Source: Candidatus Berkelbacteria bacterium
Lineage (GTDB): Bacteria > Patescibacteriota > UBA1384 > XYA2-FULL-43-10 > 1-14-0-10-43-13
Direction of reading: 5' to 3'
Length of the DNA: 64,000 nt
Assembly (NCBI GenBank): GCA_037143235.1
Contig: JBAWZC010000002.1
Coordinates: 47,186 to 111,185 of the forward strand
Shown here: piece by piece, positions 58,992 to 64,000 of the stretch
How positions within the stretch are numbered: the stretch's first letter is position 1
How the letters are laid out: every line of letters begins with the position of its first letter
Position numbers and translations under genes: made by a program
Notes under the pieces: model-generated
Told to the model about the DNA's origin: nothing
Seen by the model: the letters and a program-made list of their open reading frames with translations, nothing else
The model's database searches: none

Positions 58992-60269
58992 CTATTTAAT
59001 ACTTTTATAAAATTTATTTTTTACACTGGACCATTTCTTGCCTTGGCGAACCAAAAATTCATCAGCCTTTTTAGGATCTTGCATCAATACTTTAGTAATT
59101 TCTTCAAAATAATTATTATTCTGAGATGCTTTGACCAAGACCAAGTCACCCGCCAAGATTTCCAACCCAAGATTTTTGATGACAAGAGCCGGATGAATAT
59201 AAAAAACAGCTCTGTCGCCGATGACTTTAGCCATCGACTCTGCATTTGGTCCTGCAAGGACAAAATGGTCGATCTTGGTTTGTTTCAATTGCTCCGCGAC
59301 TGCAAGATGTTCAGGAACTTCTGCAGCACCCAACTCATTCATATTGCCAAGAATCATAACCTTGCGCAATGGAGACACCAATGAGTCCAAAAACATTGCC
59401 GCAGCCAAAACAGATGACGGATTCGCATTGTATGTATCATCGATAATCTGAACATTATTTTTTCCCAACAAAGGATTCATCCTCCCACTATAGGGATGAA
59501 TTTTCTCGAGTGATTTCGCAATCTGGATAGTCTGAATGCCAAGAGAAGATGCTATTGCAAAGGCAAAGAGATCAGCATACACAAGATGCTCACCAAGCAA
59601 CCTGCTGTTCACATGTGTCTTCTTCCCCGTAGAGACTACATCAAATTCGGTACCTGTCGAGGACAATTTAATATTCTCAGCTCTAAAATCAGCGTCCTTA
59701 TTCTTTACAGCAATAGTCGTCAACTTCAGCTCATCCAGTCGTGCCAAATGTTGATCGTCAATATTTACGAACCCTTTTTCTGCCGGAGATAAATATTTAA
59801 ATATTTTAAGCTTTTCCTGCTGATATTCTCCCAAATCCCTGAAATTTGCTAAGTGCGCACCCGTGATGCCAGTCACCGCAGCCATATTTGGTTTCACAAT
59901 TTCGCAAAGGCTCTCAATCCCTCTGGGATTGTCAATTCCCATCTCCAAAACCAAATATTTTGGGTATTTCTTTACAAATAGCCTACGCAAGGCGCCAAGC
60001 AAAAAAATCGGCCAAAAAATACCAAGCGGATAACTCGTGTAGCCCAAGATGGTCATCGGCAGACCAATTTCCGAATTTAAATTACCAAAATTTTTTCTGA
60101 CCTCTTCTGCGCCAAAATGATCAGACAAAACCTGATAAACAGCTTCTTTGGTTGAAGTTTTACCGGTAGATCCAGTAATGGCAATGACAAAAGGTTTGTG
60201 CCTAGCGATCACGAACCTGGCATAGCTAGCCAATATTTTATTCAAAATTGTTGTTAAGCTTTTTTTCAT
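58992..60269 (-). CDS. murF: UDP-N-acetylmuramoyl-tripeptide--D-Ala-D-Ala ligase
   Basis: ITGSTGKTSTK, NSEIG.P, DDTYNANP. Confidence 0.93.
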   Translation of the reverse strand: MKKSLTTILNKILASYARFVIARHKPFVIAITGSTGKTSTKEAVYQVLSDHFGAEEVRKNFGNLNSEIGLPMTILGYTSYPLGIFWPIFLLGALRRLFVKKYPKYLVLEMGIDNPRGIESLCEIVKPNMAAVTGITGAHLANFRDLGEYQQEKLKIFKYLSPAEKGFVNIDDQHLARLDELKLTTIAVKNKDADFRAENIKLSSTGTEFDVVSTGKKTHVNSRLLGEHLVYADLFAFAIASSLGIQTIQIAKSLEKIHPYSGRMNPLLGKNNVQIIDDTYNANPSSVLAAAMFLDSLVSPLRKVMILGNMNELGAAEVPEHLAVAEQLKQTKIDHFVLAGPNAESMAKVIGDRAVFYIHPALVIKNLGLEILAGDLVLVKASQNNNYFEEITKVLMQDPKKADEFLVRQGKKWSSVKNKFYKSIK

Positions 60270-60314
60270 CTATTTCACCAAATTTATTTTATCTCCAGCG
60301 GTATGGATCCAATG

Positions 60315-62033
60315 CTAGTTAATCGGCGTCAACCTATAATAATAATTTAACAGAAAAGAAGCAATTTGGCCAAATAATGGTGATGCTGTACTGCTCGAAA
60401 ATCTCGCTGAAGTCGGCTCATCAATCTTCACCAACATCACAAACCTTGGATCTTCGGTTGGTGCAACACCAGCCAAAGAGTGAATTGACTTTTTAGTGTC
60501 ATAACCGCCCTTCGGATCAGGCACCTGAGCCGTTCCGCTCTTAGCCCCGATATTAAAACCGGGAACCCTTGCCGCCATCGCCGAGCCATGCTCAGTCACC
60601 GCCTGAAGCATTCGCAGAACCTTTCCCGCCGTTTCCTCGGTAATAGCTCTCTTGCCCTCTTCGCGCACAGCTTGTTTGACCTCACCATTTGAGTAGATTG
60701 TTTTATCGATAATATGCGGCTCTATGATCACCCCCTTGTTGGCAAAGGCCGAATACGCCGTCAACAACTGCATTGGCGTCACAGAGGCACCCTGACCAAA
60801 AGAAATTGTCGCCCTGTTAATATCTCGCCAGTTTTTCAGCAAGGGAATTGTCCCCGCCACTTCATTGTTCAGCTGAGTACCAGTCTTTTCCATCAAGCCA
60901 AAAGCATCAAGATACTTATACATCATCTCTGACCCCATCTGTTCCGACAGCCAGACCATCGCTACATTATCAGAGTTCTCCAAAACCTGAGTCATCGTCT
61001 CTTCGCCGAATGCTTTTCTCTCAGCGGTTTCAATCGTATATTGACCAACTTTTACAGATTCGGCAAAAGTTCCCTTTGTCTCTGGAGTTACAATACCCTG
61101 CTCGATCGCCCCAGCCATCACTAACGGCTTCATCGTGCTTCCGGGTTCATAAACCATCGAAGTGACTGGATTGATAAACAAAGATGCATTTTCTGTTGCT
61201 GTTTTGCTGTAATTATTTGGATCAAAGCTTGGATTTGAAGCCATGGCCAAAATTCCTCCAGTTTTCACATCCATCACGATCACACTACCAGATTTTGCCC
61301 CGTACTTTTCAATACCTGCCGCCAATGTCTTCTCGACAAAATACTGAACGCTCCGATCGATCGTCAAAACATAGCTTGTGCCATTCTCTGGCGCTCGCTG
61401 AGAAAGCATAGAGATAATCCGGCCGTAAGTGTCCTTCTCTCCAGTGATACTCCCATCCTTACCTTTCAACACATCATTGTATTTTCCCTCGATACCATAA
61501 TTGCCCTCGCCGTCAGCGTTCACGAAGCCTAGGAGCTGAGAAGCCAATTGGCTTTCTGGGTAAAAACGACTATAGACAGGCACGATCAAGAGACCTTGAA
61601 AATGCTTGTCGTTAACGACTTTGGCTTCTTCGTAAGTCATGCCCGTCTTGAGCGGCGGAATATACGATTTGTTGTTGTTAATCTTGCCATAGATATCCAT
61701 CTGATTGAGCCCAAGTAACGGCGCAAGCTCTTTCGAGAGGTTCAATTTGTCTACAACCTGCATCGGTACCACCAGAATAGAATATTTCTTGATATCAAAA
61801 GCCAACGGATAATACGCCGTTGGGTCGGAAACTGAGTCATGAACATATATTTCGCCGCGATGTGCAATCTGAGTTTTTTCAAACTGCTGCTGACTCTGAG
61901 CCAGAGCAACATAATGAGAATTTTGCGTCACCTGTAGATCGAACAGTCGAAAACAAAAAATACCGGCCAGAGCAAGTACGATGATATTCAAAACCTTCAC
62001 CCGCCCATCAGTTGTTCGAGGCTGCTTGTACAT
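60315..62033 (-). CDS. ftsI: Class B PBP (FtsI-like)
   Basis: RGEI, R.YP, G..GIE, EPGSTMK, SDN, KSGT. Confidence 0.92.
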   Translation of the reverse strand: MYKQPRTTDGRVKVLNIIVLALAGIFCFRLFDLQVTQNSHYVALAQSQQQFEKTQIAHRGEIYVHDSVSDPTAYYPLAFDIKKYSILVVPMQVVDKLNLSKELAPLLGLNQMDIYGKINNNKSYIPPLKTGMTYEEAKVVNDKHFQGLLIVPVYSRFYPESQLASQLLGFVNADGEGNYGIEGKYNDVLKGKDGSITGEKDTYGRIISMLSQRAPENGTSYVLTIDRSVQYFVEKTLAAGIEKYGAKSGSVIVMDVKTGGILAMASNPSFDPNNYSKTATENASLFINPVTSMVYEPGSTMKPLVMAGAIEQGIVTPETKGTFAESVKVGQYTIETAERKAFGEETMTQVLENSDNVAMVWLSEQMGSEMMYKYLDAFGLMEKTGTQLNNEVAGTIPLLKNWRDINRATISFGQGASVTPMQLLTAYSAFANKGVIIEPHIIDKTIYSNGEVKQAVREEGKRAITEETAGKVLRMLQAVTEHGSAMAARVPGFNIGAKSGTAQVPDPKGGYDTKKSIHSLAGVAPTEDPRFVMLVKIDEPTSARFSSSTASPLFGQIASFLLNYYYRLTPIN

Positions 62034-62059
62034 AGCTATACTATACCAGAAGATCGATA

Positions 62060-62398
62060 TTAATTTGAGGTCTTTTCAACCCCTTTGTACACTTCAAGAG
62101 GAGCTTTGGACACATCAGTGTCAATTTCTTTCAGAGCGCGTAGTCGTGTCTGCTCAGCTTCCAATCTTTCCTGTTCCAAAACCAGCTGTTCTTTGCTTCC
62201 CTCAAGGTTGCTAAATTTTGCACCTCTTGCGGCACCAGCAGTCGACTGAGTAAGATAGACAATCGCCAAAATAGCGAATATTGCTATCGTAATAAATTTG
62301 ATTGCGTTTGGTCCAATAACTATAGCCTTGTCGATCGATCGTTTTTTCTGGCCCAGATCGTTATTGTTTGAGTTTGTAAAAGTTAAAATTCTGCCCAT
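62060..62398 (-). CDS. FtsL-like protein
   Basis: Single TM plus coiled coil directly upstream of ftsI. Confidence 0.65.
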   Translation of the reverse strand: MGRILTFTNSNNNDLGQKKRSIDKAIVIGPNAIKFITIAIFAILAIVYLTQSTAGAARGAKFSNLEGSKEQLVLEQERLEAEQTRLRALKEIDTDVSKAPLEVYKGVEKTSN

Positions 62399-62734
62399 GA
62401 TTCCTTTTTATTCGCTTGATTCACTTCGTTCGCTTAATTCTTAATCCATAATTCCTAATTCATGATTCATGATTCATGATTCACATTGCTATCTTCCAAA
62501 GATCACCAGCCAGCTTTTTGTTTTCGAGCGTTTTCTTGATATAATACATTTGAAACTTGATCCCGACTTCACTTTCGTGAAACGGGGTCTTTTTTTACGC
62601 TGTTAGTACGATCATTTTTGTTTTTGACTTCCCTCCCTTGTCCTCCTCCGAACGGCTCAAAGCCTCTCCAAATGAGGTCATTTGCGCTGGCTGTTGATCT
62701 CTGAAAAATAACTTTTTAATGTACCTTTTGATAA

Positions 62735-62850
62735 ATTCCTAAATATCTAATTTCTAATTACTAAATCAATTATTAAATTCTTAAATTTTATTAATTTTGA
62801 AATTAGGATTTGATTTGAAAAATTGGATATTAGTAATTTAGAAATTTAAT
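62735..62850. repeat. Degenerate 7-mer tandem array in inverted halves
   Basis: TAAATTC/TAATTTC units followed by AATTAGG/ATTTAGA; similar arrays at 62440-62485 and 63290-63390. Confidence 0.7.
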
Positions 62851-63285
62851 TTAATCTGCCTGTAAGTTAGTCAATGTCTCGGCAACCTCCTCTGAACTTT
62901 CTTCCATCTCGTCTTTGAAACTCTTCCATACCTGCTCAGACCAGATCTCGATATAATCATATCCGCCAATGATAACAACTTTGTCTGTAATTTCTGCGAA
63001 ATCTTTCAGTGTCTGCGGGATATTGATCCGTCCGACCTTATCCACTTTTGCTTCATCGGCTGCAGAAAATATAAATCTTGAAAACGATCGTGCTTTTTGC
63101 GAAGTTTTGGGTAAAGCCGCTACCTTTCCTGCAATATTCTCCCACTCCTTCATCGGGTAAACCCACAAACATTTGTCCAAACCGCGAGTCACCACACAGC
63201 CATCCGCCAGTTTACCACGGAATTTTACCGGAAGAGAAACTCTCTTCTTTGCGTCAATTGCATGGTTGTATTCGCCGATGAACAT
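62851..63285 (-). CDS. mraZ: Transcriptional regulator MraZ
   Basis: MFIGEY.H.ID.K.R..LP, DKVGRINIP, IEIWS. Confidence 0.96.
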   Translation of the reverse strand: MFIGEYNHAIDAKKRVSLPVKFRGKLADGCVVTRGLDKCLWVYPMKEWENIAGKVAALPKTSQKARSFSRFIFSAADEAKVDKVGRINIPQTLKDFAEITDKVVIIGGYDYIEIWSEQVWKSFKDEMEESSEEVAETLTNLQAD

Positions 63286-63479
63286 ATTTTTCCAAATTCT
63301 TAAATTCCAAATTTCCAATTCTCTGAATCAAATCCCAATTTCTAATTCGCAAATCAACTGGAAACTGATTGGATAATTGAATCCTTAATTCCGAGAGTAG
63401 TGCCTATCTGTAAATCCGTTTAAATCTGTAATCTGTATGTTTCCACCACACTTAGCGTGGTACAAGGGACGCTCAGCGT

Positions 63480-63504
63480 CCCACTCTTTCCCACTTTCTC
63501 CCAC
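63480..63504 (-). promoter_or_regulatory. MraZ-binding repeats
   Basis: Three GTGGG pentamers at 10-nt period upstream of mraZ. Confidence 0.8.
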
Positions 63505-63569
63505 TCAAGTACTATTTTATGCCAAAAATTCGTTTTATCCAATGCCCAAAGACCAGAAACTGTGGATAC

Positions 63570-63614
63570 AAAAATCACCAGCTAGATTTAGTCGTTCTAG
63601 ACTGGTGATTTTTT
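63570..63614 (-). terminator. Terminator-like hairpin after glyQS
   Basis: AAAAATCACCAG...CTGGTGATTTTT. Confidence 0.65.
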
Positions 63615-63642
63615 GAATATTATCTTCTGTTTTTACTACAAA

Positions 63643-64000
63643 TTAGATCAATTTTGACTGTATCAGGCCGACGATATCATCTGTTGACACTCTCTCCTGT
63701 TTCATCGAATCACGATCACGCAATGTTACCATCTTATCAGTCAGAGAATCGAAATCGACGGTCACACACCATGGCGTCCCAATCTCATCCTGCCGACGAT
63801 AGCGACGACCAACCGAACCTGATTCATCATAAAAAGCACTGATGCCGGCCTTTTTCATTTTCTTGACAATTTCGCCTGCCATCTCGGGCAAATTTTCTTT
63901 CTTTACTAGTGGGAACACTGCAACTTTAACCGGCGCAATCTTGGGATCAAAACGCATCGTGACTTCCCCTGCTCCTCTCCCATCGCTACCATCTGATTCG
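63643..64000 (-). CDS. glyQS: Glycine--tRNA ligase (homodimeric type), C-terminal part
   Basis: IAPVKVAVFPL, GSVGRRYRRQDEIGTPWCVTVD anticodon-binding domain; 5' part outside window. Confidence 0.9.
   Translation of the reverse strand, partial: ESDGSDGRGAGEVTMRFDPKIAPVKVAVFPLVKKENLPEMAGEIVKKMKKAGISAFYDESGSVGRRYRRQDEIGTPWCVTVDFDSLTDKMVTLRDRDSMKQERVSTDDIVGLIQSKLI

Overview
A 64-kb chromosomal segment from a small-genome bacterium, most likely Patescibacteria/CPR (inferred from gene content and repeat style). It uses the standard genetic code, with TGA as stop. Minus-strand content: a type IV pilus/competence locus (pilins, pilD, pilC, pilT, pilB, pilNOP-like genes) interrupted by a REP-associated tyrosine transposase; dinB; a tRNA-Thr/Tyr/Thr-rpmG-tRNA-Trp operon; holB, rpmB, two ABC systems, two tRNA-Pro genes, argS, tyrS, radA, recJ, a dcw cluster (mraZ to ftsQ) and the 3' end of glyQS. 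The plus strand carries a decayed xis/serine-recombinase islet, a class A PBP and several envelope genes. Intergenic DNA is dense with short palindromic repeat families, and some have entered genes. The main finding is a nested tRNA-Trp locus at 17709-17940: an outer tRNA-Trp is split into three pieces by two hairpin-family insertions, and one insertion carries a second complete, divergent tRNA-Trp in its loop. Also notable: a Cas2/PaaX-like gene flanked by 41-bp palindromic direct repeats, in-frame repeat insertions in dinB and murD, and about 11 apparently leaderless promoters. All product calls come from motif recognition by eye; no database searches were run.
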